From assembly GCF_009914755.1 (NCBI RefSeq), contig NC_060942.1: 64,000 nucleotides of DNA; one strand, given 5' to 3'. Positions 25,201-39,300 of the stretch are shown in pieces. The number at the start of each line of letters is the position of its first letter. Within the stretch, counting starts at the first letter, position 1. The notes under the pieces are model-generated. The model ran no database searches. It had not been told where the DNA came from and saw only the letters and a program-made list of their open reading frames with translations. The position numbers and the translations under genes were made by a program. Source of the DNA: the human T2T-CHM13v2.0 reference genome, Homo sapiens.

Positions 25201-28200
25201 TTCAAGTCAAAAGTTGAACACTCCCTTTCATAGAGCAGTCTTGAAACACCCCTTTTGTAGTATCTGGAACTGGACTTTTGGAGCGATTTCAGGGCTAAGG
25301 TGAAAAAGGAAATATCTTCCCATAAAAACTGGACAGAAGCATTCTCAGAAACTTGTTTATGCTGTATCTACTCAACTAACAAAGTTGAACCTTTCTTTTG
25401 ATAGAGCAGTTTTGAAATGGTCTTTTTGTGGAATCTGCAAGTGGATATTTGGCTAGTTTTGAGGATTTCGTTGGAAGCGGGAATTCATACAAATTGCAGA
25501 CTGCAGCGTTCTGAGAAACATCTTTGTGATGTTTGTATTCAGGACACAGAGTTGAACATTCCCTATCATAGAGCAGGTTGGAATCACTCCTTTTGTAGTA
25601 TCTGGAAGTGGACATTTGGAGCGCTTTCAGGCCTATTTTGGAAAGGGAAATATCTTCCCGTAACAACTATGCAGAAGCATTCTCAGAAACTTGTTTGTGA
25701 TGTGTGCCCTCTACTGACAGAGTTGAACCTTTCTTTTCATAGAGCAGTTTTGAAACACTCTTTTTGTAGAATCTGCAAGAGGATATTTGCATAGCTTTGA
25801 GGATTTCGTGGGAAACGGGATTGTCTTCAGGTAAAATCTAGACAGAAGCATTCTCAGAAACTTCTTTGGGATGTTTGCATTCAAGTCACAGAGTAGAACA
25901 TTCCCTTTGGTAGAGCAGGTTTGAAACACTCTTTTTGTAGTATCTGGAAGTGGACATTTGGAGCGCTTTCAGGCCCATGTTGGAAAGGGAAATATCTTCC
26001 CGTAACAACTAGGCAGAAGCATTCTCAGAAACTTATTTGAGATGTGTGTACTCAACTAAGAGAATTGAACCACCGTTTTGAAGGAGCAGTTTTGAAACAC
26101 TCTTTTTCTGGAATCTGCAAGAGTATATTTGCCTAGCCTTGAGGATTTCGTTGGAAACGGGATTGTCTTCAGAGAAAATCTAGACAGAAGCATTCTCAGA
26201 AACTTCTTTGGGATGTTTGCATTCAAGTCACAGAGTAGAACATTCCCTTTGGTAGAGCAGGTTTGAAACACTCTTTTTTTAGTATCTGGAAGTGGACATT
26301 TGGAGCGCTTTCAGGCCTACGTTGGAAAAGGAAATATCTTCCCATAACAACTAGACAGAAGCATTCTCAGAAACTAGTTTCTGATGTGTGTCCTCAACTA
26401 ACACAGTTGAACATTTCTTTAGACAGAACAGTTTTGAAACACTCTTTTTGTGGAATCTGCAAGTGGCTATTTGGCTAGATTTGAGGATTTCGTTGGAAAC
26501 GGGATTACATATAAAAAGCAGTCAGCAGCATTCTCAGAAAGTTCTTTGTGATGATTGCATTCAAGTCACAGAATTGAACATTCCCTTTCACAGAGCAGGT
26601 TTGAAACACTCTTTTTGTAGTGTGTGTAAGTGGACATTTGGAGCACTTACCGGCCTAAGGTGAAAAAGGAAATATCTTCCCATAAAAACTAGACAGAAGC
26701 ATTCTCAGAAACTTACTCGTGATGTGTGTCCTCAACTAAAGGAGTAGAACCTTTCTTTTCATAGAGAAGTTTTGAAACGCTCTTTTTGTGGAATCTGCAA
26801 GTGGATATTTGGCTAGTTTTGAGGATTTCGTTGGAAGCGGGAATTCATACAAATTGCAGACTGCAGCGTTCTGAGAAACATCTTTGTGATGTTTGTATTC
26901 AGGACACAGAGTTGAACATTCCCTATCATAGAGCAGGTTTGAATCACTCCTTTTGTAGTATCTGGAAGTGGACATTTGGAGCGCTTTCAGGCCTATGTTG
27001 GAAAAGGAAATATCTTCCCATAACAACTAGACAGAAGCATTCTCAGAAACTTATTTGAGATGTGTGTACTCAACTAAGAGAATTGAACCACCGTTTTGAA
27101 GGAGCAGTTTTGAAACTCTCTTTTTCTGGAATCTGCAAGTGGATATTTGGCTAGCTTTGGGGATTTCGCTGGAAGCGGGAATACATATAAAAAGCACACA
27201 GCAGCGTTCTGAGAAACTGCTTTCTGATGTTTGCATTCAAGTCAAAAGTTGAACACTCCCTTTCATAGAGCAGTCTTGAAACACCCCTTTTGTAGTATCT
27301 GGAACTGGACTTTTGGAGCGATTTCAGGGCTAAGGTGAAAAAGGAAATATCTTCCCATAAAAACTGGACAGAAGCATTCTCAGAAACTTGTTTATGCTGT
27401 ATCTACTCAACTAACAAAGTTGAACCTTTCTTTTGATAGAGCAGTTTTGAAATGGTCTTTTTGTGGAATCTGCAAGTGGATATTTGGCTAGTTTTGAGGA
27501 TTTCGTTGGAAGCGGGAATTCATACAAATTGCAGACTGCAGCGTTCTGAGAAACATCTTTGTGATGTTTGTATTCAGGACACAGAGTTGAACATTCCCTA
27601 TCATAGAGCAGGTTGGAATCACTCCTTTTGTAGTATCTGGAAGTGGACATTTGGAGCGCTTTCAGGCCTATTTTGGAAAGGGAAATATCTTCCCGTAACA
27701 ACTATGCAGAAGCATTCTCAGAAACTTGTTTGTGATGTGTGCCCTCTACTGACAGAGTTGAACCTTTCTTTTCATAGAGCAGTTTTGAAACACTCTTTTT
27801 GTAGAATCTGCAAGAGGATATTTGCATAGCTTTGAGGATTTCGTGGGAAACGGGATTGTCTTCAGGTAAAATCTAGACAGAAGCATTCTCAGAAACTTCT
27901 TTGGGATGTTTGCATTCAAGTCACAGAGTAGAACATTCCCTTTGGTAGAGCAGGTTTGAAACACTCTTTTTGTAGTATCTGGAAGTGGACATTTGGAGCG
28001 CTTTCAGGCCCATGTTGGAAAGGGAAATATCTTCCCGTAACAACTAGGCAGAAGCATTCTCAGAAACTTATTTGAGATGTGTGTACTCAACTAAGAGAAT
28101 TGAACCACCGTTTTGAAGGAGCAGTTTTGAAACACTCTTTTTCTGGAATCTGCAAGAGTATATTTGCCTAGCCTTGAGGATTTCGTTGGAAACGGGATTG

Positions 28201-30598
28201 TCTTCAGAGAAAATCTAGACAGAAGCATTCTCAGAAACTTCTTTGGGATGTTTGCATTCAAGTCACAGAGTAGAACATTCCCTTTGGTAGAGCAGGTTTG
28301 AAACACTCTTTTTGTAGTATCTGGAAGTGGACATTTGGAGCGCTTTCAGGCCTACGTTGGAAAAGGAAATATCTTCCCATAACAACTAGACAGAAGCATT
28401 CTCAGAAACTAGTTTCTGATGTGTGTCCTCAACTAACACAGTTGAACATTTCTTTAGACAGAACAGTTTTGAAACACTCTTTTTGTGGAATCTGCAAGTG
28501 GCTATTTGGCTAGATTTGAGGATTTCGTTGGAAACGGGATTACATATAAAAAGCAGTCAGCAGCATTCTCAGAAAGTTCTTTGTGATGATTGCATTCAAG
28601 TCACAGAATTGAACATTCCCTTTCACAGAGCAGGTTTGAAACACTCTTTTTGTAGTGTGTGTAAGTGGACATTTGGAGCACTTACCGGCCTAAGGTGAAA
28701 AAGGAAATATCTTCCCATAAAAACTAGACAGAAGCATTCTCAGAAACTTACTCGTGATGTGTGTCCTCAACTAAAGGAGTAGAACCTTTCTTTTCATAGA
28801 GAAGTTTTGAAACGCTCTTTTTGTGGAATCTGCAAGTGGATATTTGGCTAGTTTTGAGGATTTCGTTGGAAGCGGGAATTCATACAAATTGCAGACTGCA
28901 GCGTTCTGAGAAACATCTTTGTGATGTTTGTATTCAGGACACAGAGTTGAACATTCCCTATCATAGAGCAGGTTGGAATCACTCCTTTTGTAGTATCTGG
29001 AAGTGGACATTTGGAGCGCTTTCAGGCCTATGTTGGAAAAGGAAATATCTTCCCATAACAACTAGACAGAAGCATTCTCAGAAACTTATTTGAGATGTGT
29101 GTACTCAACTAAGAGAATTGAACCACCGTTTTGAAGGAGCAGTTTTGAAACTCTCTTTTTCTGGAATCTGCAAGTGGATATTTGGCTAGCTTTGGGGATT
29201 TCGCTGGAAGCGGGAATACATATAAAAAGCACACAGCAGCGTTCTGAGAAACTGCTTTCTGATGTTTGCATTCAAGTCAAAAGTTGAACACTCCCTTTCA
29301 TAGAGCAGTCTTGAAACACCCCTTTTGTAGTATCTGGAACTGGACTTTTGGAGCGATTTCAGGGCTAAGGTGAAAAAGGAAATATCTTCCCATAAAAACT
29401 GGACAGAAGCATTCTCAGAAACTTGGTTATGCTGTATCTACTCAACTAACAAAGTTGAACCTTTCTTTTGATAGAGCAGTTTTGAAATGGTCTTTTTGTG
29501 GAATCTGCAAGTGGATATTTGGCTAGTTTTGAGGATTTCGTTGGAAGCGGGAATTCATACAAATTGCAGACTGCAGCGTTCTGAGAAACATCTTTGTGAT
29601 GTTTGTATTCAGGACACAGAGTTGAACATTCCCTATCATAGAGCAGGTTGGAATCACTCCTTTTGTAGTATCTGGAAGTGGACATTTGGAGCGCTTTCAG
29701 GCCTATTTTGGAAAGGGAAATATCTTCCCGTAACAACTATGCAGAAGCATTCTCAGAAACTTGTTTGTGATGTGTGCCCTCTACTGACAGAGTTGAACCT
29801 TTCTTTTCATAGAGCAGTTTTGAAACACTCTTTTTGTAGAATCTGCAAGAGGATATTTGCATAGCTTTGAGGATTTCGTGGGAAACGGGATTGTCTTCAG
29901 GTAAAATCTAGACAGAAGCATTCTCAGAAACTTCTTTGGGATGTTTGCATTCAAGTCACAGAGTAGAACATTCCCTTTGGTAGAGCAGGTTTGAAACACT
30001 CTTTTTGTAGTATCTGGAAGTGGACATTTGGAGCGCTTTCAGGCCCATGTTGGAAAGGGAAATATCTTCCCGTAACAACTAGGCAGAAGCATTCTCAGAA
30101 ACTTATTTGAGATGTGTGTACTCAACTAAGAGAATTGAACCACCGTTTTGAAGGAGCAGTTTTGAAACACTCTTTTTCTGGAATCTGCAAGAGTATATTT
30201 GCCTAGCCTTGAGGATTTCGTTGGAAACGGGATTGTCTTCAGAGAAAATCTAGACAGAAGCATTCTCAGAAACTTCTTTGGGATGTTTGCATTCAAGTCA
30301 CAGAGTAGAACATTCCCTTTGGTAGAGCAGGTTTGAAACACTCTTTTTTTAGTATATGGAAGTGGACATTTGGATCGCTTTCAGGCCTACGTTGGAAAAG
30401 GAAATATCTTCCCATAACAACTAGACAGAAGCATTCTCAGAAACTAGTTTCTGATGTGTGTCCTCAACTAACACAGTTGAACATTTCTTTAGACAGAACA
30501 GTTTTGAAACACTCTTTTTGTGGAATCTGCAAGTGGCTATTTGGCTAGATTTGAGGATTTCGTTGGAAACGGGATTACATATAAAAAGCAGTCAGCAG
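10249..30598 (+). repeat. Ten canonical 12-mer HOR units
   Basis: Exact 2035-bp period; starts 10249, 12284, 14319, 16354, 18389, 20424, 22459, 24494, 26529, 28564. Confidence 0.95.
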
Positions 30599-33308
30599 CA
30601 TTCTCAGAAAGTTCTTTGTGATGATTGCATTCAAGTCACAGAATTGAACATTCCCTTTCACAGAGCAGGTTTGAAACACTCTTTTTGTAGTGTGTGTAAG
30701 TGGACATTTGGAGCACTTACCGGCCTAAGGTGAAAAAGGAAATATCTTCCCATAAAAACTAGACAGAAGCATTCTCAGAAACTTACTCGTGATGTGTGTC
30801 CTCAACTAAAGGAGTAGAACCTTTCTTTTCATAGAGAAGTTTTGAAACGCTCTTTTTGTGGAATCTGCAAGTGGATATTTGGCTAGTTTTGAGGATTTCG
30901 TTGGAAGCGGGAATTCATACAAATTGCAGACTGCAGCGTTCTGAGAAACATCTTTGTGATGTTTGTATTCAGGACACAGAGTTGAACATTCCCTATCATA
31001 GAGCAGGTTGGAATCACTCCTTTTGTAGTATCTGGAAGTGGACATTTGGAGCGCTTTCAGGCCTATGTTGGAAAAGGAAATATCTTCCCATAACAACTAG
31101 ACAGAAGCATTCTCAGAAACTTATTTGAGATGTGTGTACTCAACTAAGAGAATTGAACCACCGTTTTGAAGGAGCAGTTTTGAAACTCTCTTTTTCTGGA
31201 ATCTGCAAGTGGATATTTGGCTAGCTTTGGGGATTTCGCTGGAAGCGGGAATACATATAAAAAGCACACAGCAGCGTTCTGAGAAACTGCTTTCTGATGT
31301 TTGCATTCAAGTCAAAAGTTGAACACTCCCTTTCATAGAGCAGTCTTGAAACACCCCTTTTGTAGTATCTGGAACTGGACTTTTGGAGCGATTTCAGGGC
31401 TAAGGTGAAAAAGGAAATATCTTCCCATAAAAACTGGACAGAAGCATTCTCAGAAACTTGTTTATGCTGTATCTACTCAACTAACAAAGTTGAACCTTTC
31501 TTTTGATAGAGCAGTTTTGAAATGGTCTTTTTGTGGAATCTGCAAGTGGATATTTGGCTAGTTTTGAGGATTTCGTTGGAAGCGGGAATTCATACAAATT
31601 GCAGACTGCAGCGTTCTGAGAAACATCTTTGTGATGTTTGTATTCAGGACACAGAGTTGAACATTCCCTATCATAGAGCAGGTTGGAATCACTCCTTTTG
31701 TAGTATCTGGAAGTGGACATTTGGAGCGCTTTCAGGCCTATGTTGGAAAAGGAAATATCTTCCCATAACAACTAGACAGAAGCATTCTCAGAAACTTATT
31801 TGAGATGTGTGTACTCAACTAAGAGAATTGAACCACCGTTTTGAAGGAGCAGTTTTGAAACTCTCTTTTTCTGGAATCTGCAAGTGGATATTTGGCTAGC
31901 TTTGGGGATTTCGCTGGAAGCGGGAATACATATAAAAAGCACACAGCAGCGTTCTGAGAAACTGCTTTCTGATGTTTGCATTCAAGTCAAAAGTTGAACA
32001 CTCCCTTTCATAGAGCAGTCTTGAAACACCCCTTTTGTAGTATCTGGAACTGGACTTTTGGAGCGATTTCAGGGCTAAGGTGAAAAAGGAAATATCTTCC
32101 CATAAAAACTGGACAGAAGCATTCTCAGAAACTTGTTTATGCTGTATCTACTCAACTAACAAAGTTGAACCTTTCTTTTGATAGAGCAGTTTTGAAATGG
32201 TCTTTTTGTGGAATCTGCAAGTGGATATTTGGCTAGTTTTGAGGATTTCGTTGGAAGCGGGAATTCATACAAATTGCAGACTGCAGCGTTCTGAGAAACA
32301 TCTTTGTGATGTTTGTATTCAGGACACAGAGTTGAACATTCCCTATCATAGAGCAGGTTGGAATCACTCCTTTTGTAGTATCTGGAAGTGGACATTTGGA
32401 GCGCTTTCAGGCCTATTTTGGAAAGGGAAATATCTTCCCGTAACAACTATGCAGAAGCATTCTCAGAAACTTGTTTGTGATGTGTGCCCTCTACTGACAG
32501 AGTTGAACCTTTCTTTTCATAGAGCAGTTTTGAAACACTCTTTTTGTAGAATCTGCAAGAGGATATTTGCATAGCTTTGAGGATTTCGTGGGAAACGGGA
32601 TTGTCTTCAGGTAAAATCTAGACAGAAGCATTCTCAGAAACTTCTTTGGGATGTTTGCATTCAAGTCACAGAGTAGAACATTCCCTTTGGTAGAGCAGGT
32701 TTGAAACACTCTTTTTGTAGTATCTGGAAGTGGACATTTGGAGCGCTTTCAGGCCCATGTTGGAAAGGGAAATATCTTCCCGTAACAACTAGGCAGAAGC
32801 ATTCTCAGAAACTTATTTGAGATGTGTGTACTCAACTAAGAGAATTGAACCACCGTTTTGAAGGAGCAGTTTTGAAACACTCTTTTTCTGGAATCTGCAA
32901 GAGTATATTTGCCTAGCCTTGAGGATTTCGTTGGAAACGGGATTGTCTTCAGAGAAAATCTAGACAGAAGCATTCTCAGAAACTTCTTTGGGATGTTTGC
33001 ATTCAAGTCACAGAGTAGAACATTCCCTTTGGTAGAGCAGGTTTGAAACACTCTTTTTTTAGTATATGGAAGTGGACATTTGGATCGCTTTCAGGCCTAC
33101 GTTGGAAAAGGAAATATCTTCCCATAACAACTAGACAGAAGCATTCTCAGAAACTAGTTTCTGATGTGTGTCCTCAACTAACACAGTTGAACATTTCTTT
33201 AGACAGAACAGTTTTGAAACACTCTTTTTGTGGAATCTGCAAGTGGCTATTTGGCTAGATTTGAGGATTTCGTTGGAAACGGGATTACATATAAAAAGCA
33301 GTCAGCAG
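30599..33308 (+). repeat. Isolated 16-mer HOR structural variant (2710 bp), junction class B
   Basis: 675-bp tandem duplication (ORF pairs at 31121/31796 and 31481/32156) with an m3-type tail at about 31735-31752. Confidence 0.93.
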
Positions 33309-36300
33309 CATTCTCAGAAAGTTCTTTGTGATGATTGCATTCAAGTCACAGAATTGAACATTCCCTTTCACAGAGCAGGTTTGAAACACTCTTTTTGTAG
33401 TGTGTGTAAGTGGACATTTGGAGCACTTACCGGCCTAAGGTGAAAAAGGAAATATCTTCCCATAAAAACTAGACAGAAGCATTCTCAGAAACTTACTCGT
33501 GATGTGTGTCCTCAACTAAAGGAGTAGAACCTTTCTTTTCATAGAGAAGTTTTGAAACGCTCTTTTTGTGGAATCTGCAAGTGGATATTTGGCTAGTTTT
33601 GAGGATTTCGTTGGAAGCGGGAATTCATACAAATTGCAGACTGCAGCGTTCTGAGAAACATCTTTGTGATGTTTGTATTCAGGACACAGAGTTGAACATT
33701 CCCTATCATAGAGCAGGTTTGAATCACTCCTTTTGTAGTATCTGGAAGTGGACATTTGGAGCGCTTTCAGGCCTATGTTGGAAAAGGAAATATCTTCCCA
33801 TAACAACTAGACAGAAGCATTCTCAGAAACTTATTTGAGATGTGTGTACTCAACTAAGAGAATTGAACCACCGTTTTGAAGGAGCAGTTTTGAAACTCTC
33901 TTTTTCTGGAATCTGCAAGTGGATATTTGGCTAGCTTTGGGGATTTCGCTGGAAGCGGGAATACATATAAAAAGCACACAGCAGCGTTCTGAGAAACTGC
34001 TTTCTGATGTTTGCATTCAAGTCAAAAGTTGAACACTCCCTTTCATAGAGCAGTCTTGAAACACCCCTTTTGTAGTATCTGGAACTGGACTTTTGGAGCG
34101 ATTTCAGGGCTAAGGTGAAAAAGGAAATATCTTCCCATAAAAACTGGACAGAAGCATTCTCAGAAACTTGGTTATGCTGTATCTACTCAACTAACAAAGT
34201 TGAACCTTTCTTTTGATAGAGCAGTTTTGAAATGGTCTTTTTGTGGAATCTGCAAGTGGATACTTGGCTAGTTTTGAGGATTTCGTTGGAAGCGGGAATT
34301 CATACAAATTGCAGACTGCAGCGTTCTGAGAAACATCTTTGTGATGTTTGTATTCAGGACACAGAGTTGAACATTCCCTATCATAGAGCAGGTTGGAATC
34401 ACTCCTTTTGTAGTATCTGGAAGTGGACATTTGGAGCGCTTTCAGGCCTATTTTGGAAAGGGAAATATCTTCCCGTAACAACTATGCAGAAGCATTCTCA
34501 GAAACTTGTTTGTGATGTGTGCCCTCTACTGACAGAGTTGAACCTTTCTTTTCATAGAGCAGTTTTGAAACACTCTTTTTGTAGAATCTGCAAGAGGATA
34601 TTTGCATAGCTTTGAGGATTTCGTGGGAAACGGGATTGTCTTCAGGTAAAATCTAGACAGAAGCATTCTCAGAAACTTCTTTGGGATGTTTGCATTCAAG
34701 TCACAGAGTAGAACATTCCCTTTGGTAGAGCAGGTTTGAAACACTCTTTTTGTAGTATCTGGAAGTGGACATTTGGAGCGCTTTCAGGCCCATGTTGGAA
34801 AGGGAAATATCTTCCCGTAACAACTAGGCAGAAGCATTCTCAGAAACTTATTTGAGATGTGTGTACTCAACTAAGAGAATTGAACCACCGTTTTGAAGGA
34901 GCAGTTTTGAAACACTCTTTTTCTGGAATCTGCAAGAGTATATTTGCCTAGCCTTGAGGATTTCGTTGGAAACGGGATTGTCTTCAGAGAAAATCTAGAC
35001 AGAAGCATTCTCAGAAACTTCTTTGGGATGTTTGCATTCAAGTCACAGAGTAGAACATTCCCTTTGGTAGAGCAGGTTTGAAACACTCTTTTTGTAGTAT
35101 CTGGAAGTGGACATTTGGATCGCTTTCAGGCCTACGTTGGAAAAGGAAATATCTTCCCATAACAACTAGACAGAAGCATTCTCAGAAACTAGTTTCTGAT
35201 GTGTGTCCTCAACTAACACAGTTGAACATTTCTTTAGACAGAACAGTTTTGAAACACTCTTTTTGTGGAATCTGCAAGTGGCTATTTGGCTAGATTTGAG
35301 GATTTCGTTGGAAACGGGATTACATATAAAAAGCAGTCAGCAGCATTCTCAGAAAGTTCTTTGTGATGATTGCATTCAAGTCACAGAATTGAAAATTCCC
35401 TTTCACAGAGCAGGTTTGAAACACTCTTTTTGTAGTGTGTGTAAGTGGACATTTGGAGCACTTACCGGCCTAAGGTGAAAAAGGAAATATCTTCCCATAA
35501 AAACTAGACAGAAGCATTCTCAGAAACTTACTCGTGATGTGTGTCCTCAACTAAAGGAGTAGAACCTTTCTTTTCATAGAGAAGTTTTGAAACGCTCTTT
35601 TTGTGGAATCTGCAAGTGGATATTTGGCTAGTTTTGAGGATTTCGTTGGAAGCGGGAATTCATACAAATTGCAGACTGCAGCGTTCTGAGAAACATCTTT
35701 GTGATGTTTGTATTCAGGACACAGAGTTGAACATTCCCTATCATAGAGCAGGTTGGAATCACTCCTTTTGTAGTATCTGGAAGTGGACATTTGGAGCGCT
35801 TTCAGGCCTATGTTGGAAAAGGAAATATCTTCCCATAACAACTAGACAGAAGCATTCTCAGAAACTTATTTGAGATGTGTGTACTCAACTAAGAGAATTG
35901 AACCACCGTTTTGAAGGAGCAGTTTTGAAACTCTCTTTTTCTGGAATCTGCAAGTGGATATTTGGCTAGCTTTGGGGATTTCGCTGGAAGCGGGAATACA
36001 TATAAAAAGCACACAGCAGCGTTCTGAGAAACTGCTTTCTGATGTTTGCATTCAAGTCAAAAGTTGAACACTCCCTTTCATAGAGCAGTCTTGAAACACC
36101 CCTTTTGTAGTATCTGGAACTGGACTTTTGGAGCGATTTCAGGGCTAAGGTGAAAAAGGAAATATCTTCCCATAAAAACTGGACAGAAGCATTCTCAGAA
36201 ACTTGGTTATGCTGTATCTACTCAACTAACAAAGTTGAACCTTTCTTTTGATAGAGCAGTTTTGAAATGGTCTTTTTGTGGAATCTGCAAGTGGATATTT

Positions 36301-39300
36301 GGCTAGTTTTGAGGATTTCGTTGGAAGCGGGAATTCATACAAATTGCAGACTGCAGCGTTCTGAGAAACATCTTTGTGATGTTTGTATTCAGGACACAGA
36401 GTTGAACATTCCCTATCATAGAGCAGGTTGGAATCACTCCTTTTGTAGTATCTGGAAGTGGACATTTGGAGCGCTTTCAGGCCTATTTTGGAAAGGGAAA
36501 TATCTTCCCGTAACAACTATGCAGAAGCATTCTCAGAAACTTGTTTGTGATGTGTGCCCTCTACTGACAGAGTTGAACCTTTCTTTTCATAGAGCAGTTT
36601 TGAAACACTCTTTTTGTAGAATCTGCAAGAGGATATTTGCATAGCTTTGAGGATTTCGTGGGAAACGGGATTGTCTTCAGGTAAAATCTAGACAGAAGCA
36701 TTCTCAGAAACTTCTTTGGGATGTTTGCATTCAAGTCACAGAGTAGAACATTCCCTTTGGTAGAGCAGGTTTGAAACACTCTTTTTGTAGTATCTGGAAG
36801 TGGACATTTGGAGCGCTTTCAGGCCCATGTTGGAAAGGGAAATATCTTCCCGTAACAACTAGGCAGAAGCATTCTCAGAAACTTATTTGAGATGTGTGTA
36901 CTCAACTAAGAGAATTGAACCACCGTTTTGAAGGAGCAGTTTTGAAACACTCTTTTTCTGGAATCTGCAAGAGTATATTTGCCTAGCCTTGAGGATTTCG
37001 TTGGAAACGGGATTGTCTTCAGAGAAAATCTAGACAGAAGCATTCTCAGAAACTTCTTTGGGATGTTTGCATTCAAGTCACAGAGTAGAACATTCCCTTT
37101 GGTAGAGCAGGTTTGAAACACTCTTTTTGTAGTATCTGGAAGTGGACATTTGGATCGCTTTCAGGCCTACGTTGGAAAAGGAAATATCTTCCCATAACAA
37201 CTAGACAGAAGCATTCTCAGAAACTAGTTTCTGATGTGTGTCCTCAACTAACACAGTTGAACATTTCTTTAGACAGAACAGTTTTGAAACACTCTTTTTG
37301 TGGAATCTGCAAGTGGCTATTTGGCTAGATTTGAGGATTTCGTTGGAAACGGGATTACATATAAAAAGCAGTCAGCAGCATTCTCAGAAAGTTCTTTGTG
37401 ATGATTGCATTCAAGTCACAGAATTGAACATTCCCTTTCACAGAGCAGGTTTGAAACACTCTTTTTGTAGTGTGTGTAAGTGGACATTTGGAGCACTTAC
37501 CGGCCTAAGGTGAAAAAGGAAATATCTTCCCATAAAAACTAGACAGAAGCATTCTCAGAAACTTACTCGTGATGTGTGTCCTCAACTAAAGGAGTAGAAC
37601 CTTTCTTTTCATAGAGAAGTTTTGAAACGCTCTTTTTGTGGAATCTGCAAGTGGATATTTGGCTAGTTTTGAGGATTTCGTTGGAAGCGGGAATTCATAC
37701 AAATTGCAGACTGCAGCGTTCTGAGAAACATCTTTGTGATGTTTGTATTCAGGACACAGAGTTGAACATTCCCTATCATAGAGCAGGTTTGAATCACTCC
37801 TTTTGTAGTATCTGGAAGTGGACATTTGGAGCGCTTTCAGGCCTATGTTGGAAAAGGAAATATCTTCCCATAACAACTAGACAGAAGCATTCTCAGAAAC
37901 TTATTTGAGATGTGTGTACTCAACTAAGAGAATTGAACCACCGTTTTGAAGGAGCAGTTTTGAAACTCTCTTTTTCTGGAATCTGCAAGTGGATATTTGG
38001 CTAGCTTTGGGGATTTCGCTGGAAGCGGGAATACATATAAAAAGCACACAGCAGCGTTCTGAGAAACTGCTTTCTGATGTTTGCATTCAAGTCAAAAGTT
38101 GAACACTCCCTTTCATAGAGCAGTCTTGAAACACCCCTTTTGTAGTATCTGGAACTGGACTTTTGGAGCGATTTCAGGGCTAAGGTGAAAAAGGAAATAT
38201 CTTCCCATAAAAACTGGACAGAAGCATTCTCAGAAACTTGGTTATGCTGTATCTACTCAACTAACAAAGTTGAACCTTTCTTTTGATAGAGCAGTTTTGA
38301 AATGGTCTTTTTGTGGAATCTGCAAGTGGATACTTGGCTAGTTTTGAGGATTTCGTTGGAAGCGGGAATTCATACAAATTGCAGACTGCAGCGTTCTGAG
38401 AAACATCTTTGTGATGTTTGTATTCAGGACACAGAGTTGAACATTCCCTATCATAGAGCAGGTTGGAATCACTCCTTTTGTAGTATCTGGAAGTGGACAT
38501 TTGGAGCGCTTTCAGGCCTATTTTGGAAAGGGAAATATCTTCCCGTAACAACTATGCAGAAGCATTCTCAGAAACTTGTTTGTGATGTGTGCCCTCTACT
38601 GACAGAGTTGAACCTTTCTTTTCATAGAGCAGTTTTGAAACACTCTTTTTGTAGAATCTGCAAGAGGATATTTGCATAGCTTTGAGGATTTCGTGGGAAA
38701 CGGGATTGTCTTCAGGTAAAATCTAGACAGAAGCATTCTCAGAAACTTCTTTGGGATGTTTGCATTCAAGTCACAGAGTAGAACATTCCCTTTGGTAGAG
38801 CAGGTTTGAAACACTCTTTTTGTAGTATCTGGAAGTGGACATTTGGAGCGCTTTCAGGCCCATGTTGGAAAGGGAAATATCTTCCCGTAACAACTAGGCA
38901 GAAGCATTCTCAGAAACTTATTTGAGATGTGTGTACTCAACTAAGAGAATTGAACCACCGTTTTGAAGGAGCAGTTTTGAAACACTCTTTTTCTGGAATC
39001 TGCAAGAGTATATTTGCCTAGCCTTGAGGATTTCGTTGGAAACGGGATTGTCTTCAGAGAAAATCTAGACAGAAGCATTCTCAGAAACTTCTTTGGGATG
39101 TTTGCATTCAAGTCACAGAGTAGAACATTCCCTTTGGTAGAGCAGGTTTGAAACACTCTTTTTGTAGTATCTGGAAGTGGACATTTGGATCGCTTTCAGG
39201 CCTACGTTGGAAAAGGAAATATCTTCCCATAACAACTAGACAGAAGCATTCTCAGAAACTAGTTTCTGATGTGTGTCCTCAACTAACACAGTTGAACATT

